Of a stretch of DNA of 64,000 bases, positions 34,453-43,279 are shown in pieces. Origin of the DNA: Omnitrophica bacterium GWA2_41_15 (GTDB lineage Bacteria; Omnitrophota; Gorgyraeia; Ghiorseimicrobiales; Ghiorseimicrobiaceae); assembly GCA_919902105.1 (NCBI GenBank), contig CAKKQO010000037.1, forward strand, positions 5,598 to 69,597, read 5' to 3'. Position 1 is the first letter of the stretch. Every line of letters begins with the position of its first letter. The notes under the pieces are model-generated. The model made no database searches. It had not been told where the DNA came from and saw only the letters and a list, made by a program, of their open reading frames with translations. Made by a program: the position numbers and the translations under genes.

Positions 34453-34478
34453 CATTGCCTTAACCACCTAAGGCAATG
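34453..34478. promoter_or_regulatory. Perfect inverted repeat CATTGCCTTA-N6-TAAGGCAATG in the rpoN leader, about 200 bp upstream of the divergent sigma-54 promoter
   Basis: Read directly from the sequence. A related half-site TAAGGCAAT also occurs at 34222-34231. Confidence 0.55.
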
Positions 34479-34522
34479 TTTATTTTCCGTGATTCTTAAA
34501 TACTTTTAAAATTAATAGCATT

Positions 34523-35851
34523 ATGGAGCAAATTTTAGCGCAAAGACAAAAACAACAGCTTCTCCTCTCTCCCCAGTTGCAACAAGCCATTCATATCCTG
34601 CAATTACCCTTTATTGAATTAAAGAACCTCATTGAGCAAGAGGTAGAAAATAACCCCTGTCTTGAGGTATACAAGCCAGAGCCGCAATCCCAGACAGGAC
34701 CAATAAAAGATAATAGATATACAAATTTTCCTTTATCGGATTCCATAATAGAGTCCGAGAATAATATGCAGGTTAAACAGATTACCCTACAAGAACACCT
34801 TTTAAGACAGATGCGCTTAACCTTTCAGCATGAGAGAGATTTACGAATAGGCGAATTAATAATCGGCAGCCTTGATGAGCGGGGATATCTAATGATTGCC
34901 GCAGATGAGATTGCCGGGATAGTTAACGCGGAAGTTGAAACCATAGAAGCGATTATAACTATAATACAAACTTTTGATCCTGTTGGTTGTGCTTTCAGAA
35001 ACATTAAGGAATGCCTATTGGCTCAATTAAGGTTTAAGGGCAGGCAAAGCTCTCTTATATATAAAATTGTAGAGTTATATTTAGAAGACTTGGCCAATAA
35101 AAGATGCGCTTTAATTGCTAAACAGCTAAACGTAGATTTAGAGGAAATAAAATCAGCCGCTAAAGAAATCTCATTGCTTGAGCCAAATCCGGCGCGAAAT
35201 TTCTCTTACGTTGATAAGTCAGTATATATTATACCGGATATAATTGTAGATTCCGGCGGCGAAGGGAGTTATAAGGTTAGCCTTAATGAAGATGAACCGT
35301 TTTTCTTGAGGGTAAATAATTTTTATAAGTCGGTGCTCGCTCGAAAAAATATATCCGATAAAGAAAGGGATTTTATCAGGGAAAGAATCTCTGCCGGGCA
35401 GAATTTTATCAAATGTATCCAAATGCGCAAGGAAACGATTAAGCGGCTTGCAGAATATTTAGTTAAGTTTCAGGAGGAGTTTTTAGATAAAGGCCGGGAA
35501 TATCTTAAGCCTTTAACGTTTAAACAGGTTGCCCAAGAAATAGGCAGAGATGAATCTACTGTATGCCGCGCGGTAAATAATAAATATATGGATACTCCTC
35601 AGGGTATTTTTAGGCTTAAGGATTTATTTTCTAGTCAGGTTAACGGCACAGGTGATACTCAAGCTATATCCTCTGCTAGCATTAAAGAACGTATTCGTAT
35701 TCTGGTGGAGAATGAAGACAAGGTCAATCCTTTAAGCGATGAGGACTTATTAAAACAATTACACTTAGAAAATCTTAAATTGTCCCGCAGAACAATCGCT
35801 AAATACCGGACTCAACTTAAAATCCTCCCCTCCTATCTCAGAAAAGCATAA
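34523..35851 (+). CDS. rpoN: RNA polymerase sigma-54 factor
   Basis: The Gln/Leu-rich N-terminus MEQILAQRQKQQLLLSPQLQQAIHILQLP and the C-terminal RpoN box RRTIAKYRTQLKI. Confidence 0.9.
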   Translation: MEQILAQRQKQQLLLSPQLQQAIHILQLPFIELKNLIEQEVENNPCLEVYKPEPQSQTGPIKDNRYTNFPLSDSIIESENNMQVKQITLQEHLLRQMRLTFQHERDLRIGELIIGSLDERGYLMIAADEIAGIVNAEVETIEAIITIIQTFDPVGCAFRNIKECLLAQLRFKGRQSSLIYKIVELYLEDLANKRCALIAKQLNVDLEEIKSAAKEISLLEPNPARNFSYVDKSVYIIPDIIVDSGGEGSYKVSLNEDEPFFLRVNNFYKSVLARKNISDKERDFIRERISAGQNFIKCIQMRKETIKRLAEYLVKFQEEFLDKGREYLKPLTFKQVAQEIGRDESTVCRAVNNKYMDTPQGIFRLKDLFSSQVNGTGDTQAISSASIKERIRILVENEDKVNPLSDEDLLKQLHLENLKLSRRTIAKYRTQLKILPSYLRKA

Positions 35852-35853
35852 CC

Positions 35854-35882
35854 CCATGTAGACCTACGCGGTCTACATGGGT
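35854..35882. repeat. REP-like palindrome, copy 1: CCCATGTAGACC-tacgc-GGTCTACATGGG
   Basis: Perfect 12-bp stem with a 5-nt loop, immediately after the rpoN stop. Confidence 0.9.
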
Positions 35883-35900
35883 TGAACTCGATACAACTAA

Positions 35901-36356
35901 TTACGCAGATGTTGTGATGGGGTTACCGACAGAGATTTGACCGCCTTTTATAACCTTAGCAAAAATTCCTTCTTTAGGCATAATACAGGTGCCAATTTTT
36001 TTATAAGTCTCGCAGTAATTATGACATTCCTTGCCGATTTGGCTTACTTCTAAGATTATTGTATCCTTTATAATAAGCCTATCCCCTATCTTTAATTTCG
36101 CCAGATTTATGCCTTGGGTAGTAATGTTTTCGGCGAAATCGCCCGGTTTAAACTTAATTTCCTGCTTTTTAACTTTTGGGCAGTCCTGTTGTTGAGAGAT
36201 GCTTTCCCATGAGAGTAAACTAACTTGGCGGGTTTTATCTCCGGCGTGAACGTCCCCTTCTATGCCAAAATTTTCTATTAAATTAGCTGTTGGGATTTGA
36301 GTTTTAGGAAGCCCTTTTTTTGCGCTGATATTTATGGAAAACACCTTTTCCTTCAT
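35901..36356 (-). CDS. MOSC-domain protein
   Basis: A 151-aa YiiM-like MOSC beta-barrel protein adjacent to moaC. Confidence 0.6.
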   Translation of the reverse strand: MKEKVFSINISAKKGLPKTQIPTANLIENFGIEGDVHAGDKTRQVSLLSWESISQQQDCPKVKKQEIKFKPGDFAENITTQGINLAKLKIGDRLIIKDTIILEVSQIGKECHNYCETYKKIGTCIMPKEGIFAKVIKGGQISVGNPITTSA

Positions 36357-36381
36357 TTTTCATTTATTTTTGTTTTACCTT

Positions 36382-36404
36382 ATGTAGACCGCGTAGGTCT
36401 ACAG
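36382..36404. repeat. REP-like palindrome, copy 2 (inverted orientation, loop gcgta)
   Basis: tgtagaccgcgtaggtctaca. Confidence 0.9.
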
Positions 36405-36845
36405 GGGTCTGGTAAATTTTCCGCTTTTACCGCCTTCTTTTTCTAAGAGCTTTACTTCTATAGTCATATTTTTATCTAAATATTTGCACATATCATAGAC
36501 ATTTAGTGCGGCTATTGCTGCCGCGTTTAACGCCTCCATTTCAAAGCCGGTGCGTGCATTGCCTGAAACTTCGGATTTTATCAGAAGCGCGTCCTTCTTA
36601 AAGGAAAAAGAGATATCAATGTGGGAAAATTCTATTGGATGAGCGAGCAGGATTAAATCCCTGGTTTTTTTTGCCGCCTGTATGCCGGCAAGGGTTGAAA
36701 CTGCTAATGCATCTCCCTTTTTAATTTTACCTTGCATAATTAACTTTAAGGTTTCTTTTTGCATGGAAACCTTCGCCTCCGCCACCGCCCTGCGCTGTGT
36801 TTTCGGTTTATCTGATACATTCACCATTGCTATTTTTTTGTTCAT
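36399..36845 (-). CDS. moaC: Cyclic pyranopterin monophosphate synthase accessory protein
   Basis: MVNVSDK...ALAVSTLAGIQAAKKT...GFEMEALNAAAIAALNVYDMCK is typical of MoaC. Confidence 0.85.
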   Translation of the reverse strand: MNKKIAMVNVSDKPKTQRRAVAEAKVSMQKETLKLIMQGKIKKGDALAVSTLAGIQAAKKTRDLILLAHPIEFSHIDISFSFKKDALLIKSEVSGNARTGFEMEALNAAAIAALNVYDMCKYLDKNMTIEVKLLEKEGGKSGKFTRPL

Positions 36846-37750
36846 GAGAGCATCCCTTCTAAATTTTTACCTAGAATGTTCTGTTTATCTTCTTGGGAGA
36901 TTTTTAAATTCCTGACTGCGTTTATCGAGCCGGCAATATCTTTTTTTGCCGGCCAGTCGCTTCCCCAGAGGATATGCCCAGGCCCTAATAATTCTAAGGC
37001 GGCTTGGAAGTTTGTGTCTTTCGTGTCGCCGCTGGTATCCACATAGATATTCTTTAGATATTCGCCAGGATTGCCTTTTAAGTCTTTTACGAAATTTATG
37101 CCGCGAAGCATGCCATAAGTTGCCTCAAAACGGCCGGCTAAATGCGTAATTACTCCCCCGAAATAGGCAAAGATAAATTTAACGCCAGCAAATTCGCGTA
37201 ATATATCCGCCATTAAGAGTTTACCGATACAAATAGTAGTATCAAAGACGTATTCAATTACCGGCGTAAGCAATGGGTCTTTGACGCGCTCAAAACCGAT
37301 TGGGTTGATGATCTGGGAATGGACGAATACGGGAATATTCTTTTGCGCAGCTTCATTATAAACAGGTAAAAATAGAACATCATCTAAATATTTACCATTG
37401 TAACTACTGGCTAAAGAAATTGCCTTAAAGCCAAGTTTTTCGGTTGCGCGCTTAATTTCATCAAGTATATCCTGTCCATTGTCTATCGGCAGGATTGAGG
37501 CGCCGATAAATCGGCTAGGATAGCGTTTAATAATTTTTCCGACGTTATCGTTATAAATCCGCGCTACTTTACTGATGCTTCCTAATTTTAAATGCGCATC
37601 TGAGGTGGGATAACTTAAGACGGCCATATCAATGCCTGTCTCATCCATCATCTTAAGATGCGCTTCAATGTCCCCCCAGCCCTGATGAAAAAAATGGGCG
37701 TTATTGATAATATCTTGGGGTAACCAGTGGCTATGTGCGTCGATTATCAT
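36842..37750 (-). CDS. Amidohydrolase-2 family metal-dependent hydrolase (TIM barrel)
   Basis: The N-terminus MIIDAHSHW and C-terminus WGSDWP are typical of PF04909. Confidence 0.7.
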   Translation of the reverse strand: MIIDAHSHWLPQDIINNAHFFHQGWGDIEAHLKMMDETGIDMAVLSYPTSDAHLKLGSISKVARIYNDNVGKIIKRYPSRFIGASILPIDNGQDILDEIKRATEKLGFKAISLASSYNGKYLDDVLFLPVYNEAAQKNIPVFVHSQIINPIGFERVKDPLLTPVIEYVFDTTICIGKLLMADILREFAGVKFIFAYFGGVITHLAGRFEATYGMLRGINFVKDLKGNPGEYLKNIYVDTSGDTKDTNFQAALELLGPGHILWGSDWPAKKDIAGSINAVRNLKISQEDKQNILGKNLEGMLS

Positions 37751-38352
37751 ATTGTTAGTTCTGCTGTGTCAATATAAAGCGCGCCTTTTGCCTCAGCCAG
37801 CGGCTCAAATTGAAAACTTTTTACGGGAAAGTCTAATATGGCATTTGCATTGGCTGTCTGCGGCTGCCAGTCGCCTCTGGCAAAGAATTCGTTGAACGGA
37901 CAGCTTATTTGTTTCCAGCCGCTAAAATCATCGGTAATTATAAAACGCCACATTTCATTGCCGGAATCTTTAATATCGAAGGCAATTTTTGTTTTTGAGC
38001 CGCTGCCGTAGATATAAAAACTTATGGCGTTGTATTTTTTCCAGTCAATGCTTTCCGGAGTGAGGAGCCATGCAGAATTTTTAACGTCTAAACTGAATCC
38101 TTTGGCTATCCACATGTAACCGCCTGAAACTGCATCGTAAACTATTTTTAGTGATTGCGCGCCTGAATTTTTAATATTTGTATCGGCAGTTACTGCGACT
38201 GATGAGCCGTTGCCTGAGCCAAAGTCCACCGTGCCATTTTCTCCTCCGGAAATTTCACCTTCAAAATCTTCGATTAACAAACCTTTTTCCTGCGCAAAAC
38301 AAGGCATTGAGAATAAGAAAAACAGAATAAGAATAAGTTTTGTTATTTTCAT
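37747..38352 (-). CDS. Secreted protein with a putative carbohydrate-binding-module-like beta-sandwich
   Basis: Signal peptide MKITKLILILFFLFSMPCFA; the remainder is low in sequence complexity and tentatively CBM-like. Confidence 0.35.
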   Translation of the reverse strand: MKITKLILILFFLFSMPCFAQEKGLLIEDFEGEISGGENGTVDFGSGNGSSVAVTADTNIKNSGAQSLKIVYDAVSGGYMWIAKGFSLDVKNSAWLLTPESIDWKKYNAISFYIYGSGSKTKIAFDIKDSGNEMWRFIITDDFSGWKQISCPFNEFFARGDWQPQTANANAILDFPVKSFQFEPLAEAKGALYIDTAELTI

Positions 38353-38404
38353 TATTTTGCCCCCTGTTTTTAAAATTTTATTCTTTGAATTTTGCCATTT
38401 GTCA

Positions 38405-39178
38405 TTACTTCTCAGGATGCACCTGTTTAAACGGTATTACCGGCGCAGTCCACGGTGTCTGCTGATTTATTACTGCAATCTCTAACGGACAGACATTTGC
38501 CGGAACGGTTAAGGCAAATTTAACTGCGTTTTCAATTGCTTCGGTTGTCATCAGCCGAGAAGTATCGGCGGTTATTTCCTGCAATTTTCCCGTTAAATCC
38601 GTATCGGTTACGCCGGGAAGAATCGATGTTATTTTTATCCCGCGGTCACGCATTTCCCAGAATAAGCCTTTAGAAAATGCCCTTAGTCCTACTTTAAGCG
38701 AGCTATAAACCAGAAAATTTCTCGGTAACGGGTCACATAAAGTTGAGCCGGAGACCAGATTGATAATCGCACCGCTTTTGTTGTTAATCATATCGTTTAT
38801 GACGAGACGTATCAGGCGCACATATCCGAGATAATTAGTATGCGCTAATTTTTCGAAATCTTCAAGCGGTTGTTTTTCAAAAGGATACTGGCTGGATACG
38901 CCGGCATTATTAATCAAGATGTCAATTTTACCGAATTTGTCTTTAGTTTTATTAATCAGATTTTCCAAATCTTCTAATTTGGTTACATCGCAAGGCACAG
39001 CTAAAACCCCTACTTTGTATTTTTGGGCGATTTCATCCGCCGTTTCTTCCAACGGCCCTTCGGCTCGCGCAGCAATGCTTAAGTTTATGCCTAAGCTTGC
39101 GCAGGTTTTGGCAATGGCTTTGCCTATGCCGCGGCTGGCGCCGGTTATAATTGCCGTTTTTCCTTTTAAGTCAGGCAT
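38405..39178 (-). CDS. SDR-family oxidoreductase (FabG-like ketoreductase)
   Basis: TGASRGIGKAIA, NNAG and the YSSLK (YxxxK) motifs. Confidence 0.85.
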   Translation of the reverse strand: MPDLKGKTAIITGASRGIGKAIAKTCASLGINLSIAARAEGPLEETADEIAQKYKVGVLAVPCDVTKLEDLENLINKTKDKFGKIDILINNAGVSSQYPFEKQPLEDFEKLAHTNYLGYVRLIRLVINDMINNKSGAIINLVSGSTLCDPLPRNFLVYSSLKVGLRAFSKGLFWEMRDRGIKITSILPGVTDTDLTGKLQEITADTSRLMTTEAIENAVKFALTVPANVCPLEIAVINQQTPWTAPVIPFKQVHPEK

Positions 39179-39188
39179 TTATCCTCCT

Positions 39189-39641
39189 TTAGGCATTAAT
39201 TTTCTCACTTGCTTCCTTTTCGATAATTTCTTTAAAAATTTTTAGGTTTTCTTTAGAATGTTTGTTAATGAAGCCCTCTACCTGCTCGTCATTGAATTTG
39301 GCTTTTGTATCCATTTCAAAGTGTTGTATCCATATTAGCTCGATGCCCTCCGCTTTGTGAGTGTAGAGCCAGATAATTTTCATATATTTAAAGGGGAATT
39401 TTGGCTCTTCCCGTTCGGCATAGGCAAAAAATTTATCTTTAAAAAGCAGCCGCCATGACTGCCAGGATTTTCCTTCATCATCAGTCAGGCGGAAAGTTAT
39501 TTTATTGCCTTCTTTTTTCACGACTTCTGCTTTTTGGTATTCTGTACCAAATAGCTCTGTCCAGCGTAGTATATCATTGGAAATATCAAAAACTTTATCG
39601 TACGGCGCGTTAATGATTATAGAATTACAAGTATGTCCCAT
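39189..39641 (-). CDS. SRPBCC / polyketide cyclase-dehydrase-like protein
   Basis: A 150-aa protein of the Polyketide_cyc2-like fold; tentative. Confidence 0.45.
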   Translation of the reverse strand: MGHTCNSIIINAPYDKVFDISNDILRWTELFGTEYQKAEVVKKEGNKITFRLTDDEGKSWQSWRLLFKDKFFAYAEREEPKFPFKYMKIIWLYTHKAEGIELIWIQHFEMDTKAKFNDEQVEGFINKHSKENLKIFKEIIEKEASEKINA

Positions 39642-39698
39642 AATTCCTCCCTTCGGTCGGAAAGTTTACAGTTAATAATGAACAGTTTACAGAAAAAA

Positions 39699-40013
39699 TC
39701 ATTTACCAGAAAGGCTTAAAAGTATTGCTAAGTTCTCATTCGCGCTTAGTGAGTGTGGCGCGTTTTTCGGCATAAAAATAAATATACCCGGTTTCATTTT
39801 GATCTTTTTGCCGTTTAATACAAATGTTCCCTTCCCTTTTAAAACCGTAACCGCGGCTTCTCTGGTTGAAGTATGCTCGGAAATATCGCTGCCTTTAGCT
39901 AAACACATTAGCGTATGATTAGAAATATCCGTCTTAACCAAAACCTTACTAAAAATGCCCTGTTTGGGGAATTCCATCATCTGCTCTAAATTTTCTATTG
40001 CTGATTTAACCAT
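39699..40013 (-). CDS. Cupin-domain protein
   Basis: GKGTFVLNGKKIKMKPGIFIFMPKNAPHSL matches the cupin motif pair. Confidence 0.6.
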   Translation of the reverse strand: MVKSAIENLEQMMEFPKQGIFSKVLVKTDISNHTLMCLAKGSDISEHTSTREAAVTVLKGKGTFVLNGKKIKMKPGIFIFMPKNAPHSLSANENLAILLSLSGK

Positions 40014-40023
40014 AAATTACCTC

Positions 40024-40818
40024 TTATGTTATAATTGCCGCTACTCTTGCCCAAGCAGCACCAGTTTTTCTGATTTTCACCGGAAGGCAATGGATTTTAA
40101 AGCCGTAATCGGGTAACTTGTCCAAATTGGCTAACCTCTCAATATGAATAAATTCCCTAATTCTGCCGTAAAAATGCGCCGGGTATAAAGGTTTCTTTTG
40201 TTCTAAGAACTCTTTAAGCATAAACCTGTAGGGCCTATCTATTCCCATCGTATCTACGCCGAAAATTTTTATTCCATGGTCTAAGAGATAATCTATTGCC
40301 GAAATATCCACTCCCGGATAATCCGAGAAGTATTTTGGTCCACCGTATAGCTTATCCGCTCCAGTGGCTAAAAGAACGATATTGAAAGGCTTAAGCTGGT
40401 AGTTAATTTTTGAAAGGGCGGATTTGATATCGCTGTTGGTGATAACTTCATTCGGTTTTTTGTGCTTAAGGTCAATTTTTACGCCGTTCTGTATGCAATA
40501 TTCTAAGGGAATTTCTTCGGCGGTTTTTGCGGCGCGCCCTTCTGATTTTGAGCCGTAGTGGTAGGAGTAGTCAAGGTGCGTGCCAATATGTACCGGCGAA
40601 TGCACCGTTTCTAACGATAAAAATTCTTCATCGGGCAAGTCTTCTTTTCTGATGATGCGCATACCGAGAGCATATTTTATCTTACCCAGCAGGGTTTTCC
40701 CCATCATCACGCGATTAAACTTTTCCACCCCCGCCGCGTGGTTTACGCGTTCAATCTCAACCTTATGCACTTCAAATGCCGTATCATCAATCGGCAAACT
40801 CAAATCAATTATTTTCAT
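40024..40818 (-). CDS. Cyclase-family protein (kynurenine-formamidase-like, PF04199)
   Basis: HIGTHLD matches the HxGTHxD motif. Confidence 0.7.
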   Translation of the reverse strand: MKIIDLSLPIDDTAFEVHKVEIERVNHAAGVEKFNRVMMGKTLLGKIKYALGMRIIRKEDLPDEEFLSLETVHSPVHIGTHLDYSYHYGSKSEGRAAKTAEEIPLEYCIQNGVKIDLKHKKPNEVITNSDIKSALSKINYQLKPFNIVLLATGADKLYGGPKYFSDYPGVDISAIDYLLDHGIKIFGVDTMGIDRPYRFMLKEFLEQKKPLYPAHFYGRIREFIHIERLANLDKLPDYGFKIHCLPVKIRKTGAAWARVAAIIT

Positions 40819-40829
40819 CTCATCTAACC

Positions 40830-40852
40830 ATGTAGACCGCGTAGGTCTACAT
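40830..40852. repeat. REP-like palindrome, copy 3 (loop gcgta), downstream flank of the RAYT gene
   Basis: atgtagaccgcgtaggtctacat. Confidence 0.9.
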
Positions 40853-40857
40853 AAGGT

Positions 40858-41523
40858 TTATTCTATAAACAAGTCTTTAATTCGCGTTAATTCTCTTTGG
40901 TATGAAATTCTATCCTCTGTAAATTTTTTATAATTTCCCGGCAGAACATTGATATGGCTATTAAAATGACAGTATCTTGGCGTTTCTTCAATGCCTAAGT
41001 ATTCTCTATACGAGGAGTACCGCCATAATTCAGGCTTATCTACTAAAAAAGCAGTTACAGGATTTAAATGTATGTACCGACTTAAATGAAGAAGTTGCTC
41101 TTCGTTCTCTACGAGTTTACTTTTAAATCGGCTTTCCCAGAGAGGTCCTTTACGCTTATGTTTTGTATTGAAATAACGTGTATAGCTATTGAGAATATTA
41201 TTTACAGAACGCGAAATTCCATTATCTTCTAATTGTTTAAAAATTAAATGAATATGGGTTGGCATTATGCAATATGCGATTATATCTACGATCTTGGCTT
41301 TTTGGCGAAGATAATCGCCAAGAACTATATTTATATCAGAATTGTTTGTTTCGTTCAACTCAAGAAAGCGCGCCAGGCATGAGGAGTGTTTGCCTATCAT
41401 GTAATATCTCACTGTTGTTAGGATTCTTTGATATTCCCAGTTGGTGTTAAATATGGTGAATCCGGCTATGCTCTTATTAAAGATATGATAAATTTCGCCC
41501 GTAACTAATGGATGTTGTCTCAT
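40858..41523 (-). CDS. REP-associated tyrosine transposase (RAYT; IS200/IS605 TnpA-like Y1 HUH enzyme)
   Basis: The HUH motif is present as IMPTHIHLIF and the catalytic Tyr motif as YIHLNPV. The gene is flanked by inverted REP copies 3 and 4. Confidence 0.8.
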   Translation of the reverse strand: MRQHPLVTGEIYHIFNKSIAGFTIFNTNWEYQRILTTVRYYMIGKHSSCLARFLELNETNNSDINIVLGDYLRQKAKIVDIIAYCIMPTHIHLIFKQLEDNGISRSVNNILNSYTRYFNTKHKRKGPLWESRFKSKLVENEEQLLHLSRYIHLNPVTAFLVDKPELWRYSSYREYLGIEETPRYCHFNSHINVLPGNYKKFTEDRISYQRELTRIKDLFIE

Positions 41524-41531
41524 TACCGTTT

Positions 41532-41554
41532 ATGTAGACCTACGCGGTCTACAT
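41532..41554. repeat. REP-like palindrome, copy 4 (loop tacgc), upstream flank of the RAYT gene
   Basis: atgtagacctacgcggtctacat. Confidence 0.9.
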
Positions 41555-41556
41555 GG

Positions 41557-41790
41557 TTAGAATTTGGAAGTGATGATTTTTTCAATATCGTTTACAGTAC
41601 TGAATTTAGTGATTTCTTTGGCGCTGAATTTTGTGCTAAATGCCTTCTCAAGGGCAATTACTGCCTCAACCATTTCCGTTGAATCAACGCCGATGCTATC
41701 TTGCAAAGAAACCTCGTCTTTTAATTCTTCAGGTTTAATCTTTAGCAATTTAACCAATGTATCCTTAATTTTAGTTTTTGTTTCCATTTT
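41557..41790 (-). CDS. Acyl carrier protein
   Basis: LQDSIGVDSTEMVEAVIALEKAF carries the Ser of the DS phosphopantetheine-attachment motif. The start is taken at METKTK, not at the longer ORF-track start. Confidence 0.75.
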   Translation of the reverse strand, partial: KMETKTKIKDTLVKLLKIKPEELKDEVSLQDSIGVDSTEMVEAVIALEKAFSTKFSAKEITKFSTVNDIEKIITSKF

Positions 41791-41803
41791 TTTCTCCCTG
41801 AAT

Positions 41804-43264
41804 TTAGATATGCACTTCGCCTTTGGTGGCACCTGCTTCCCATCGGCCGACACCTGCCATTACGTCTTTAAAGCAAAGTTTGGCGAGTTCGTCAAAATCG
41901 CTTTCTAAGATACGGTGGATTCTTCCCGGCTTTGAATAAAATTCGCGCATACACCAAGCGCCTAACTCGCCTAATTGCTGAAGGGATAAATGGTCTGTTG
42001 GCATAACCGGATGCAGGAAATCCCATTGCAGGAAATTAATTGTTTTAGGGTTAATCCAGTTTTTCTTTAAGCCCATCCTCCACATCGGTGAATTCGGCGA
42101 AGGTGTAACATAGCCGATCCATAAGATATCCGGGTCAACCTCGTCGGTAAATTCATATCTTTGTTTGATAATCGCCTCGTTGTCATAATCAAAACCCATC
42201 ATAATATCGGCAACTACGGCGATGTCGTGTTTACGTAATATCTCAACTGTGCGTTTTATCTGCTCAACAGTAATGCCTTTGGCGATTTTCTTTAATTCTT
42301 CCGGCGTAGTAACTTCTATGCCGAATACGCCGATAAAAAGGCCGGTTTCTTTCATTAGGGGTAATATTGGCTCACAGTTAACCCAGTCAATCGCGCGCCC
42401 CAAAGAAACCCATTTAATCGGGTTATTATGGGCTTTTTTGAGTTCGCAGAATTTCTTTACCCTTTCCGGATTGGTATTAAAGTTATCGTCTTGTAAAACT
42501 ACTACTTTTACACCGTATTTTTTATGTAAGATATCCAATTCTTCAATTACCCTTTCTGGAGATTTTGCCCGCCATTTCAAGAAGTCCGAAGGGTTGCGCG
42601 GGTCATACTGGTCCCATTCATAACAGAATGTGCAGGCAGAGGGACATCCCCGCGAGGTGACCATATCCACAAACGGCTTCCAGTGGGTATGCCCGACATA
42701 TTTATCCATCGGGAATAAATCATAAGCCGGAAGCGGAAGTTTATCCAAGTCCATATTCAGCGGGCTGTAGGGGCCCATTACGGGTTTACCGCTGGCGCGG
42801 CTGGTGACACCGGCAACTTTCGTTAGGTCTTTTTTCTTGTCTATTGCCTCTATTAAATCGCCGAATGATTCTTCTTCGCCCATAACTACAAAATCTACGG
42901 CCGGATTTGCCGTAAGTGTTTCCGTAGGCATTGCTGAATACCAAAGCCCGCCGAAAATAATCTTGGTTTTAGGCAGAGCTTCTTTTATCCGTTTTGCTGC
43001 GTCGTTAAAATGCGCTACCACAGCGTATCCGCCGTAAGAATGTAATTGCTCCCCTAAAACTACGATATCAGGATTTTTTTCTTTTACTTTAGCGACCATT
43101 TCATCTGCCTGGATTTCAAGGGCCTTACAGTCTAAAACTTCTATCGTTTCGTATCCTTTTTCCCTGACATACGCCGCCCAGTGCGCGTAGAGCTGGTTAG
43201 GTGCTACATGTTTTCCATGCGTTGCCCAAGCGCCTACTTTCGGCATAACAAATAAAATTTTCAT
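41804..43264 (-). CDS. B12-binding-domain radical SAM enzyme (class B radical SAM methyltransferase-like)
   Basis: N-terminal cobalamin-binding region IVVLGEQLH...FGGLW and the radical SAM CxxxCxxC motif as SRGCPSACTFC. Confidence 0.8.
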   Translation of the reverse strand: MKILFVMPKVGAWATHGKHVAPNQLYAHWAAYVREKGYETIEVLDCKALEIQADEMVAKVKEKNPDIVVLGEQLHSYGGYAVVAHFNDAAKRIKEALPKTKIIFGGLWYSAMPTETLTANPAVDFVVMGEEESFGDLIEAIDKKKDLTKVAGVTSRASGKPVMGPYSPLNMDLDKLPLPAYDLFPMDKYVGHTHWKPFVDMVTSRGCPSACTFCYEWDQYDPRNPSDFLKWRAKSPERVIEELDILHKKYGVKVVVLQDDNFNTNPERVKKFCELKKAHNNPIKWVSLGRAIDWVNCEPILPLMKETGLFIGVFGIEVTTPEELKKIAKGITVEQIKRTVEILRKHDIAVVADIMMGFDYDNEAIIKQRYEFTDEVDPDILWIGYVTPSPNSPMWRMGLKKNWINPKTINFLQWDFLHPVMPTDHLSLQQLGELGAWCMREFYSKPGRIHRILESDFDELAKLCFKDVMAGVGRWEAGATKGEVHI

Positions 43265-43279
43265 TCTAACCCCTTCCTT

